DNA of 64,000 bases from Amoebidium appalachense (Eukaryota > Protista > Ichthyosporea): contig CAVNZM010000003.1 of NCBI GenBank assembly GCA_963693365.1, positions 8,535,546 to 8,599,545 on the forward strand, in the 5' to 3' direction. Under the pieces are notes generated by a model. It was not told the DNA's origin and did not search any database. It saw only the letters and a list, made by a program, of their open reading frames with translations. The position numbers and the translations under genes were made by a program. Positions 1 through 35,480 of this stretch are shown one piece after another; positions within the stretch are counted from its first letter, which is position 1, and the number at the start of each line of letters is the position of its first letter.

Positions 1-466
1 GCGCGTGTGTGAGTGAAAGGATGGGGGAGGGGGTGGTGGGGGTGGTGGGGAGGGGGGATGGGTTGGGGGGGAAGGGACGTCTTTCTTGTGGAAAAGCAAG
101 CCAACCCTAGGCCAAAAAGATACCACTGTACAAACTTTGTACAAGTTTAACATCAAACTGCCGAATTGCTGGCCGAGATATACTCATCAGATAATCACTT
201 GATACACGTATAATGTGACATAACCCAGTCCCACCACCCCCACCACGAGCACTAGCGCTAGTGGAAGCTCCACCCATAAATTACACATCGGCGCAAGGCC
301 TAAAAACCACATGTTCATGTTTCCCTTAAAAAGCACACTATGGGTTCCTCGCCGCCGGCTAGATTATACACTATCCCTTTCTAAATAAAGAATGCATACA
401 TATGCCTAGACCCCCCCCCCCCCTCGGCCCCCCTCCCTTTATGCACAACCACCATCGTCACACACG

Positions 467-467
<1 letters not shown>

Positions 468-541
<74 letters not shown>
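468..541. repeat. (CA)n microsatellite
   Basis: Uninterrupted CA dinucleotide run. Confidence 0.95.
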
Positions 542-543
<2 letters not shown>

Positions 544-1242
544 GCGCGCGCGAACAAGGGACGTAATGTTATTTAAGCAGTGGGATTGAAAAGTGATGTA
601 CAAAAGAAAAAAAGAAAAGCGTGTGAGTAAACACAGAGGCCGATAAAACAGCGCAAAACGATCCATACATTCTAGTTAACAAAACATGGCATATGCGTAT
701 GTAGGCATTTGAACAACAATCACAACCACAAAAAAAAAAGGGAAAAAAAAAGAAAAAAGGGGAAAATAAAGAAACAAATAATAATTGGTGTAGCTGAGTA
801 GAAAATAGTAAACAAGGCAATTTGGTAAACAGCAGTGTGAAGGGAAGAAAAGTCCTGCCACAGTTCACCATAATACAAACCCACGAAATTTGCTCAAATT
901 AAGGATATCATAGGAGACAAGATAAAGCACACGTACACCAAGAAAAGTCAACATAAAATTTGTGTACAATAAACTCCGAGGCTTTGGTATGTACATATTG
1001 TAAGGGTAATCGTGAATGCGTGTCCATGGGCGCGCCGCGCGCATGTGCAAAAATAGGTGTATCTATACGAGCCCCACATACCAAGATTTAAAAGCACAAC
1101 CCATCACTCCTGCATGTGCCTGGTCATTCAATCAAATACGATTCACACTTGCCCATCCACTTCAAGAGTCACGCTAGATTCGAAATTTACCGACCTTCCC
1201 ATGTCCCCACCCACCCTCAGTCCTCTCCAACCTCTGACATTT

Positions 1243-2067
1243 TTACGGGTCCCCCAGGGGCGCCATACTTATCTTCAGCTTGATATCACACTCCAACTTA
1301 TCCAATCCCTCAGTGCCCATGGACTCATTGTCGCTGAAAAAGATCGCCAAGTTCTCCTTAAGAGTAAAGCAGTCATTACTATCGATGATGTCTTTCTGGC
1401 TATCACGCACAGACCTCACCACTCCCTCCCAAATTAATCGTCGGCTGTGGCGCGCAACCTGTATTTGGTAGTAGGCAAGCCCATCCGAATCTCCTTGACT
1501 GAGCGAGCGCAGTGTCGCACGGTAATCCTTGTCTTTTGCGTTGTGAAAAAACTCCAGAAGAAAATACCTGTTCTTGTAAAGGTAAAGAAACGGACCCCAA
1601 TCCGCCCCTGCGTGTCCGAGTGTGTTGTTCACTCGTTGAACCGTGCTGGTAGAAACCGAGTTCGGGAGCTGTGTAACAGACACAGCATGGGTTTTCGTCA
1701 AATGTTCCACCACCTTAGACACGGGTCCCGACCACTTACATACCTTGTGTCTCCATCCGTGGTAATGTGGGCATGTTATGGGCCGAAACGTACACTTTTC
1801 CTCGTGCTCCGTCAGTTTGTTTAGTGGAAGTTTCACCTCGCACCCTTCTTCACTGTGCTTGCACGCAATCATCGTTCGTCTGACCACCTCCTCAAGAGCT
1901 CTGTTGCGGCACACAACGCGTAGGCTCATCCGACACGTGTGGCAGTCTGCGAGTTTTTCCTTACACTGATCACAGAACGTGTGGCCCTCTACACACTGCC
2001 AGATGGGAGGGCGCATACCATTGTAGCAAACGGGGCAGTCTAGGAGATCTCCAATCTCAGATGCCAT
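1243..2067 (-). CDS. SIAH: SINA/Siah-family E3 ubiquitin ligase, single coding exon (274 aa)
   Basis: C3HC4 RING (CPVC..PPIWQCVEGHTFCDQC..CHTCR), RNRALE motif, two SINA zinc fingers (CKHSEEGC..HEEKC; CPH..CKWSG..HLTKTH) and TRAF-like substrate-binding domain (RRLIWEGVVRSVRD..IIDSNDCF). Confidence 0.95.
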   Translation of the reverse strand: MASEIGDLLDCPVCYNGMRPPIWQCVEGHTFCDQCKEKLADCHTCRMSLRVVCRNRALEEVVRRTMIACKHSEEGCEVKLPLNKLTEHEEKCTFRPITCPHYHGWRHKVCKWSGPVSKVVEHLTKTHAVSVTQLPNSVSTSTVQRVNNTLGHAGADWGPFLYLYKNRYFLLEFFHNAKDKDYRATLRSLSQGDSDGLAYYQIQVARHSRRLIWEGVVRSVRDSQKDIIDSNDCFTLKENLAIFFSDNESMGTEGLDKLECDIKLKISMAPLGDP

Positions 2068-3084
2068 GACTTACTCAGGACAACCAGAGAAGGAAAGAAG
2101 GAATAGATAAGTGAGAGGGCGTAAGTAATTAAAGAGGTGGAAAGTTTGTAACGGGAAGTGTGTAAAGATGCAGCAGCCTGAATGTTTTGTAGCCCTGAAA
2201 CAAGTGTCTGTAAAGCTAGAAATGGGGCGAGAAGAAATGCTGAAAACATCCAATTTCTGCCTGAACTTCGTGCAACGGCTCTAACCCGCAAAACGTTGAG
2301 GTGACCTTCATTCCCGTCTTGTCAATGCAGAAAACCTAGCGCTCGAATTCCATGTTTTTTTGCTTTTTCACAGACCAGTTGAAGAGCTTCTGATGTCTCA
2401 AGCTTGGCAAAGTGCGCAACGAAACATGACGTAGTTGTAAGAGCTAAAAATAGCAACACAAAAAGCTTAGAAAATATTTCAAATTTGCATGCTGAGATAC
2501 TATGATGCCGTGATATTTGTGCTGAAAAAGAATCAACTTAATCAAGGATATCCAGGAATTCAAAACGTTTATCTCACACCAATCACCATCGACAAATATC
2601 TTTTTTGGCGGGAAATAGATTCGGAGTGAGCCAGCTTGAGGGTGACGCGGAAAAGCTTGAACAAACGTAGCCCGAAAAATCCACACACACAGGGAGGGGA
2701 TAAGGGTGCACTTTGTGTGGTTTTATGGTAAGCATACACGGGAAGTTACGAGAGTTAGCAGGGGGGGGCTGTGTGGTAACGCAACATTCTGGTAAGTCAC
2801 AAGGTGCCTGTGTCTGCTCGAAAAAAACCAGTGCAACTTTTTAGAAATTTCTATAGCAGGATGTGCAGCTGAGCTACCAAATAAGCGGCCAAATGAGAAA
2901 CAATATACATACGTACAAAAATAAACCAAACGATAACGATGCATGTGGTACATACATCTGCGTACAACAAGGTGATCATACATGAATGTTAAAGAGCCAG
3001 TGTGAGGCGATTTGGCAGGTGAAGAAGAGGGGAGGTTTGGGTCTTGCTAAACAGATTGACGGTGCGCATTTGTCATTTGGAAAC

Positions 3085-26596
<23,512 letters not shown>

Positions 26597-27946
26597 GGGG
26601 ACGCGAAGGCCCAGCCGTGGTGGCAACAGTTTTCAGGCTCGGTATCATTTGGAATGAAGATGCTGGCGCTAGGCCGCAAACTGCATAATTTATTCGATCG
26701 TTTGTATGCGTGTGTTTGCGCCAAATGTTTGGCTTTATTTTTACCGCATGTGTGTTGGTCCGTGCATGCATGTGTGTATGTGCCCGTGCCTGTGTAGGTG
26801 CGTGTACTTGCCTGTGTGCACGCATATATGATGTGTGGTTTGCATGTTATTAATATTAAAGATTTCTGTATGTGCAGTTTTAGAAGTGCCCGAATGAATC
26901 ATGATAACTTTGTTTAATGCGTGTATATTATTGATGATGATTCTATAGAAAGTGGAACCATACATCATGACATTGTACATAGCAGTGTGTGGTGGGTTAA
27001 ATAAAAATGGCTTATGTTGATGGATCGAGTGTGTGATTTCCTCTTTTTTGCTTCTATATTTTGATGTTTTATTGTTTAATGTCTTTTGAAATCTTTTTCT
27101 TTCTTTACTCCTTCCTTTCTTTCCTCCTTTTTTTTTGTCGGTTTTATTATTTCTTTCTTTTCGTTCTGCATTAAAAAATGTATCTTCCTTTTCTTCTTCT
27201 TCGGAATCTTCGTTCCTTCTTTTTCTTTTTTTAAATCTGTATAGCCTTCCTGTTTGCTCGCCCAACCTGGAACGCTTGGCTGGGGGATGCAAATGCACAT
27301 CAAAATCCTGCTCCCTGTCCACTTCACCATCAGCTTCAAGGGTGTGCTCGTGGATGCCATCCCTTGCCACTGGTGGTTAGCGCTACCGTTCCGCTCATGA
27401 TGGTTGCGTGGGACAGAACTGGCAGGGCAGCGGCGTGGTACCGAGAAAAGCGTTGGGCCACTTCTCTGTATGCGTCTCCGAGAAGAGTGGGTGCTGGATC
27501 AGGCTAAATAGCCGTCATGATCACGGCAGGGGTTTACATTTTGTTTAGGGGTTTACACGGCAGGTTGTAGGTGGCTGCTGCAACATCGAAATGTGATGGG
27601 AATATGAATTTGAACACGGATGAAAGTCGGATGTGGGACGGATGGTCACAGCTTTCGTTGACAAGAAATATTTTTTTGGACAAGGAAAAGACTGGGGACG
27701 CCAGGTCCCGGAAGCCCCATTTACGTATACATCGTGATGTTTATTGATCGGGGGGCTTCCGTGTCTGGGGTGACTCGATGTATATCTACGTCACATGTTA
27801 AGCGCACAAGAGAAGGATAGTGTGTGTCCTCACACATGGATAAGGCTAGTACGTGGGTGCAAACATATAAGCATGTGGATGCATACTAGGGGTAGGGGGG
27901 GCGTCACAGTGTATATGTCAGGGACAGGCAAACCTCCAAGCCATCC

Positions 27947-29159
27947 TTTAAAGGGGCCGGTTGATTCGAGTAAATTTAAAAATAAAAGGCAGATGATTAA
28001 GGTAGCTAAGTTAGCAAAAATGTGTCAGGTAGAGCAGGATTTAGTTTATCATTGTTCTGGGCCAGACGGACACCGAGTTTGGGTCCCGGCGGCACTTGTG
28101 CCTGAGGTTTTGCATATGGTGCATGAGCATCCCATGGCTGGTCATTTAGGTGTAAACAGGACTTTGCTTCGTGTTAATCGTTCGTATTTTTGGCCGGGTA
28201 TGAGTAGGGAGGTGAGGGATTATGTGTTGTCGTGCATGCATTGTCAGGAAAGGAATGAGAGTCCCCACTCTCGTTCCCGCCCGTCGTTTATTAGGGATTT
28301 TAATGTTCGTATGTTTGGACGGGTAGCAGTGGATGTGTTTGGTCCTTTTAATTCTACGGTTGAGGGTAACACTGTTCTTGTTACCGTCACCGATGTGGCC
28401 ACTCGTTGGGTTGAAGTTTTTCCTCTCCCCACTGCTAATGCCGTTTTGTTTGCTCGTATTTTTGTGGATGAAATTTGTCTTAGGTTTGCCGGTTGTCCTC
28501 GTGTTTTGTTAACGGATAGGAGTAGTGTGTTTTTAAATCAGTTGGTGTCGGAGGTTTGTAAAATTATAAGGGTAGCCCATATCACTACGTCTGCTTATCA
28601 CCCTCAAGCAAATGCCATCTCTGAACGTGTGCATGCAGTGTTTTAGAAGTCCTTTGGCAAAATGGTTGATGTGGAGGCTAATGATTGGGATCATATGTCT
28701 AGGTTTATTGCTCATTCGTATTTATTCTACCCCTCATGCTGTGACTGGTTTCTCTCCGTTTTATTTGGTCTATGGGCAGGAGGCTATTAGTTTGTTAGAT
28801 ACGGCACTTTTGCCGATGGGGGGGACTGACAGACTAACTTATCCCCACTGGACTGAGTTCCGGGAGCAGCTACTAACCCGGGCCCGGGCTGCACGTGATG
28901 CAGCTCTGGCCCGTACACAGCAGGCAGAGGCACGTGCAGACGTGTCCACACGTCCGTTACGTGGATTTGCCGAGGGTACTTTAGTTTAATTAGGGATCAT
29001 ACTAGGAGAAAGAGATATAAGCAGGAGCAGGAAGGTAAGGGTGAAGGTGAAGGTCTTCGTAAGTATGGTAAGAAATGGTTGCCTCTTTTCATTGGTCCGT
29101 ATAAAGTAGTGGCTAGGTTAGGTCCGACGGAATATAAGGTGCAGAGGTTAGATAATGAG
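27947..29159 (+). pseudogene. Decayed integrase fragment of the chromovirus family at 40.1-48.5 kb
   Basis: Near-identical peptide to pol residues LKGPVDS…RLDNE (HEHPMAGH..CMHC, VAVDVFGP, ISERVH, IGPYK), with a CAG>TAG stop at 28644 and frameshifts. No LTRs seen. Confidence 0.92.
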
Positions 29160-29227
29160 GACATCATGTACACACACACCGGTCCCAACCCCACCTTTCT
29201 TCCCCTCTTCTCTCTTCTCTCTCTCAA

Positions 29228-29286
<59 letters not shown>

Positions 29287-29404
29287 CCCCTGCCCCCGTC
29301 CGACTCTGAGGCTCACTCCCTCTCCCTCCCTCCCCAGTACTCACTCGCTCCCTTCCTCTCTCGAGCTCTCCCTCTCTCCCATGCTCCTCTCTCTCTCCCT
29401 CTCT

Positions 29405-29445
<41 letters not shown>

Positions 29446-29694
29446 CCACTCAGGCTCTCTCTGTCTCTCTCTCTCTCAGATCTCGAGCTCTCTCCCTTTC
29501 TGTTTCTCCCTCTCTCTTTCAAGAACCTCTCAACTATTCAGTCTCTCTGTGATTTGTGTTGTATGATAGGCGCATGTGCATGTACATGGAAATCACTTGT
29601 AACAGTTATCCTTATGCGATAAAAAGGGTAATGCCCTGAGATCATGTTACGGTTATTATTATGCATGCTCTTTGTAAGGAACCGGCACGCCGGT

Positions 29695-29866
29695 ATACGC
29701 ACCTAATTAGAATGCCATACAGATATGCTTAAGGAACACGAGGTATGCAGAACGAACACAACGTCCTAAGCAGAGCAAATATACGCAACCTAATTAGAAT
29801 GCCATACAGATATGCAAAAGGAACACGAGGTATGCAGAACGAACACAACGTCCTAACCAGAGCAAA
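29695..29866. repeat. Tandem duplication, 2 x ~86 bp
   Basis: ATACGCA(A)CCTAATTAGAATGCCATACAGATATGC…CAGAGCAAA occurs twice with few differences. Confidence 0.9.
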
Positions 29867-29880
29867 CAAAAATGCATGTA

Positions 29881-29977
29881 ATTGATCATGATGCGCTGAG
29901 GGGATATTCCGAGCAAAGCCCCGGCCCCCATACCTGAGACTGGTCTCTCTTTGCCTCGAGTAAACAGCGTAAACCCC
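29881..29977 (+). mobile_element. Truncated copy of the GTAAACCCC-ended retroposed repeat, 11-bp TSD
   Basis: Reverse-complement match to 61816-61915. Flanked by direct repeat AAATGCATGTA (29870-29880 and 29978-29988). Confidence 0.88.
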
Positions 29978-30396
29978 AAATGCATGTACATCCTGGGATA
30001 GGGTGAGGATGACCGAAGTTTGGCAGGCCCGGAGAGGAAGGAGGGCCCCGGGGGGAGGGATACACCATAGAGTACGAGTGCAAACCACAATAAGCAGAGC
30101 CCATCCTCACGGGAAGGGCAGCATGGTACACTCAATATTCGAAGGGAATGATCTTGTTGTTTATGCACCGGGACCCTCTGGGCTCGGGCAAGGGAACAGC
30201 GCCCCGTTTTAATGTTAATCATGAACCCCACAGGGGTATAAACTGAACGTGTGGCATCAATACACACACATATTCACACGTGCACTCAAAAGGCACGCTC
30301 ACACCATGTTGCTAATCAGGCAGAAATCATGGCTCTTTCACAGATTTAAAAACACGCGCATTAAAACGTGCCTTTTAACCTTCATGAATTTTAAAA

Positions 30397-31233
30397 TCAT
30401 GCAAGCGCAACAGCAACGGTTGCCACCGCCGCCACCAGCACAGAGAGAGCCGGGGCAAAGAACGGGGCAGAGCTGGGCTTGGATTGGCCGGCACCGGTGG
30501 CATTGGATGGTTTGGCTACCAACTCAAGATCGGAGGTGCAATCGGCGGCAGTAAGAACGGTGATCTTCTCGTTGTAGATGCTGTGTGTGTGTGTGTGTGT
30601 GTGTGTATGTGGAGGGAAGGTGTGGGGTGGGGGGGAGGTACATATGTTAGCACCTCTTTGTACTTAATAATTCTAACATAAAGATACACGAAGAAAGCGC
30701 AGTGAACGGTCGTGGTAAACACATCGAATGAGTGAGCAACAAAAGCACAAGGACGGGTCAATGTGCAAGCAATGAGGGAGGGGGGGGGGCTTCAGGGTTG
30801 ACAGATTCGGAGCCACACAACAAACACACACACACAAAGAAAAAGAGAGAGAGGGAGGGAGGGAGGGAGAGAGAGAGAGGGAGAGAAAACACCTACTTTC
30901 TAATGTAGGTGCGCTCGCGGTCCAACACCCCGGGGTGGGCAATGGTGACGAGGTCACGCAGCACAACATCGGGCTTGACAAGCACGCTCTCGTACCAGTC
31001 TGTAGTGTGTACGTGTGTGTGTATGTCCGGAGGGGGGGGAGGGGGGGGAGATTAGCCAGGTAGCGGGATGATAATTAGCTTCCTGGTATGCCGACATACC
31101 CACACACACGATTCAGTATAGGACGGAACGTAAATCAGGTGTTGTAAGACATCATCATGCAATTTCAATTTTGCTCCTGTCTTGTGGGCACTTTTTTTTT
31201 AGGGTGGCTGGGTGGGTGGTGGTGGTGGTTCCG

Positions 31234-31277
<44 letters not shown>

Positions 31278-33119
31278 TCCATACCAGAGCCGCCAGTGGC
31301 ACTCATACGTTTATCGATAGCATAAACAGCCTTGTCCTTCAAAAATGCATAAGAGTCATTCGCGCTAAATTCATACTTCTTCAGGAAATCGTTGGCCCTG
31401 TATACAACATATTTCGGTTAGTTATCTCATAAAATGTTCCTCACTGTGCATTTTGCCCTTTCCCCCATCCCACACCGTATTCCTTATTTGCATTGACTAC
31501 ACCCTCTCCCATATGTTAGAAACCATTTCTTCCATAGTGCTGCATTAACTCCCCCCCCCCCCCCCCCAAAAAAAAAAAAAAAAACAAAAAAACAGAAACA
31601 TCTCCAATTACCAGAATACTCCCCCTTTCCTTAAGCCCATAAAAACTGACAAGCAGGCTATCCAAATCACTCAAGCTTGCGGCATGGAACAAACAGAAAG
31701 CCGGAACATCTTCACTTTTTGTATGGAGGGATAAAAAGTGAGAAGATGTGATATCCAGTGTAGCTACACATGCGTTGGTGCATGCACAAGAGGGGTGGGG
31801 GGGTGGGGGGAAGGGGGGGGGGGGGACGTACGTGATATTCACAGCCTGGTCAATTACAATTGCAGCATTCTTAATGTAATCCTTAAATTCGGCAACAGTC
31901 TTAAAGGTCTTCTTGCCCAGGGGGATGGCACCTGTTGATTGGCTGGTCAGTTACCATTTATGGTAGGTGGTAGGTGATTGCCACACCAGCTCGATGAAAG
32001 TCTCAATGAATGAAGAACACTGGAAACAAACCCAATACAGACGTGCACAGAGATAAACATGTCCTTTTGCCAACGGGGTGTCTAACAGAGAAAGAGTTCA
32101 TTCTTAAGGGAAAGGGAGGAGGGGGGGGGGGGGGGGGGGGGGGGGGGCAGGGTGGCTTCCTGCAGCTACATTGGTTGCCTTTGAAGACGAGCAAATGGCT
32201 CTAGGCGGATACATATAACATCAGAGCAAACAGAGAGAAAAGAAGACGGGAACAAAAAGGGAATTAGGAGAGAGGAGGTGGAGCCACGGTGGGGCAGGGG
32301 AGGGGGAGGGGGAGGGGTGGGGGGGCATGGTTACCGGCAGCGTTGATGGAGTCATTCATGTAGGGGGGCAGCACCACCTGGTAGTCAACAGCCTTGGGAT
32401 CCCAGTCGTTCTTCCACACAAACGCAATCAGGGGCTTGGGGCTGTACGTGTGTGCACGTGTGCACGTGTGTGTGTGTGTGTGGTCATGTTTATGGGTGTG
32501 GAGTAGGGAAGTAGGGAGGAGGAAGGACGGTTTTGATGTGGGGAGGGTCGAATATTTGTAAGTGAAAAGACACAGACAGTTTTTGGCCCCTATCCTCTTG
32601 TTCCGTCAAAAACCAATCCCAAAGCCCCGGAACCTGTTTATACACCCTCTTCCACATCCTTTTGTTTCTGATTTCACTCATGCCCCCACCCCTGCTGCAC
32701 GTCTCACATCTCCCTAGCGAGTCCGGTACTTTTCTGCATTAAGGTACACACGTGCGCACACACAAACGAACACACACGAACACATACATGAGAGCGAGAG
32801 AATCTATAGAAGAATCTATAGATAAAGAGATGGGTTATGGGAGTCCTACCTCAGGGATGCGGTCTTGCTTGCAAGGTCATTATAGCGGGTGCGGAGGCCG
32901 TCCATGTAAGCCTTGTACTCTGCCTGCGGAAGGAGGGGAGGGGGGATGTCAGCTTAGCCGAAATGGAACTTGGGGGAAGAGGTGTGCAGGTCGAGAGGAG
33001 AGGGGTTTAGAAGGTGAACACGGAGCACGGTACTAAGCACAACTACACGATGAGAAGCAGGGCGCAGGACACATGCAAACCCAAACGTACGATTTTTATT
33101 ATTTTATTTTATTTTTTGG

Positions 33120-33153
<34 letters not shown>

Positions 33154-35322
33154 TGGAGGGAGGGAGTAAGGTTTACAGGTGGTACATGATTCACATTGCA
33201 GCATGCAAAACATGGATATGCAGGAAGGGACACGCACCAAATATGCATTACAACACACACGGCATCATCGTTGGGCCACACCCGTCGGGGGGGGGGGGGG
33301 GGGGGGGGGTTTGCGAATTTGTGTATGTGTGGTAGTGGTGGGATTTGGGTAAATATCGAATGGGCTGGTTACTCACCTCCATGTTGAAGAAGGAGGCAAA
33401 GAACCCGAGCCAGTCGGGACGGGGTAGGGCACCGTGATCGGAAGTTTCGGAGTGGAAAACGGTGTTGGCAGTGTAGTTACCAGTAGACTGGAAGTACACA
33501 TCAACCTCCTAAATAGGTTAAGGGGGGGACAAGGTTAGGGATTGTTGGCAACAAGATTAGGAAAACCGGAGTAGAAAACCGGTGTATATTGAACAGAAAG
33601 ATTGGATCACATGTTGTGTATAAATCTTGCATCATCTCTGAAAAGCAATTTAGCTCCTGCAACCCCTTTTCTGGTTAGAAAGGGGTTGAAAAGACGGAAC
33701 AGGGGATGGTTTTAAATGTGCTGCATAATATCAGGTACACATTTACTATGTACAACATGTTGCAATGCACACGCAGGTGGTGGTGATAGTGGTGTGAGGG
33801 TGTGTGTGTGTGTGTGTGAGTGATTTGTTTGGGGGGGGGGGGGGGGGGGGCACGTACAGCCTTCTGCTTGGCAGCAGTGGCGGGGTCATCAGATAGAGAG
33901 ATGTTGATGCCCTTTGCAGCCTGAATCTTGGCCCATTTCTGGATGCAGGGGGAGACGGTGTACTGCAGAGACTCCGTGTAGCGGATCATGTTGATCAGAC
34001 CAAGCACCTGTGATGATGGGAGTGTTGGTGTCAAAGTCGAGAACCGATTGATGACTCATCTGTTGCATCAGTCAAGAAATCTACACCAACAAGGACTCAC
34101 ACCGTGCATTTATACCAAAAGAAGATGCACACACAATGAAATCCCCCGCCCTCCCCATCTTTCCCCCACATCCCAATACACACTTGCACCAACCTTCGCT
34201 AGTGTCTCTCACAAACAAATCTGCCCTGAAAACCTACTCGGGTGCGCTCAGCACCATACCACCCCTCTACCCCCTCCCCACATAAAAAAAAAAAAAAAAA
34301 CCTCCCACCCTTCACCCCGTGCCTTATACACACTGACATTCTTCCCCAGTTCCCACACACCTCAAAGAAGGTCATGGCAACGGTGTCATCCACCCCGATG
34401 CTCTTCACCGGCACAGAGAAACATGCCGTGCGGTCTGCACCAGGCACTCCAGCATTGTTCTGGCAGTACGCAGGGACGGGAGCACCACACTGATACATAA
34501 CGTAGCTCTCGTTGCGTGCTCCGTTCATATTGAAGGCATCGGCATTGGTGTTCATCATGATCTTGTAGCTCTTGTTGTAGTAGGGATCGTAATGGATGGC
34601 GGTGTCATTGACGACCTTGATGGGGAAGTAGTCTACATTGGCATCGAATGCTGTGCGCACATCCTTGTTAGAAAATGAACGGGCAGAAATAGGGCACTCA
34701 CCCGGGTGTATGCTGGCAGCAAAAGCAGAAGATCGTTCAGCCCCCCCACCACAGGGGTTTGTGTGCGTGCAGTTATGTGCCACAGTGAACCCAAACACGA
34801 AGAACTAATAACCGAAAAGGAAAGGGCATGAAAATTAACTAAGCAAACCATAGAAAAAGGTAGCGGTGTGGTAGGAAGGTTGGAACAAAGGTGGGAGGTG
34901 CTTGGCCGCCAAGTAACCGAGCTTAAACAATCATTAAGAAATCGTTCAGGGGTGGACAGAGAGGGTGAAACTTCCGGGAGGGTGTGTGTGTACGAGGAAA
35001 GAGGGGAGGCACTACTGTTTGGTGCCAGGCAGGTGTTGTTTCCAGCAGTGTTGAAGTTGATGTTCTCAGTGCGCTGGCCAGTGACCTCGGAGACAGTAAG
35101 AAAGATGGCTGCAAGGTAAAAGAACTTGAAAGCCGAATAGCTGCTGGGAAAAAGTCCTTGTCAGACAAAAACGTGCAAAAGGAACAAGAAAACTATAGTA
35201 GGAGAAGCCAGAGTTTCTATATTCTGAGACACAAAAAAGGGTAGTGCATATCCTCGTGATGTTGCTGGCAACAAAAAACATCGGAGGAGGGAGGAGAGAG
35301 GGTGGGGGAGAGGGGAGGCGGG

Positions 35323-35357
<35 letters not shown>

Positions 35358-35480
35358 GGAGGGGGTAGCCAGAGGTGGAGAATAAGATGTTTTGAGATTT
35401 CAAAGGACAACGCACCTAAGGAATGAAGCAGGGGCTGTGAAGCGAGGGGCTGGTCCCCGGGAGGCAGAAATGCTCTCCAT
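30397..35480 (-). CDS. CBA1: CBA1-like cobalamin acquisition / periplasmic-binding-protein-fold protein, secreted, GPI-like C-terminus (481 aa, 11 exons)
   Basis: Exons 35480-35416, 35143-35016, 34650-34361, 34007-33858, 33508-33377, 32923-32850, 32441-32335, 31931-31832, 31397-31285, 30999-30897, 30580-30397. All GT-AG, phases consistent, total 1446 nt. Family-like motifs: DYFPIKV, SYKIM, YVMYQCGAP, FSVPVKSIGVDDT..TFFEVLG, VSPC, RPDWLGFFASFFNME, VIDQ, GGSDWYESVLVKPDVVLRDL..HP. N-terminal hydrophobic FKFFYLAAIFLTV; C-terminal SSAPFFAPALSVLVAAVATVAVALA*. Confidence 0.82.

Noticed and set aside
26741-27500. 209-aa Lys-rich minus-strand ORF and GC-rich segment near the GCP5 3' end
   Set aside because: Mostly T-rich low complexity; no domain or consistent exon chain found.
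32708-32733. Candidate extra CBA1 microexon
   Set aside because: Including it breaks the frame; the flanking exons splice in phase without it.
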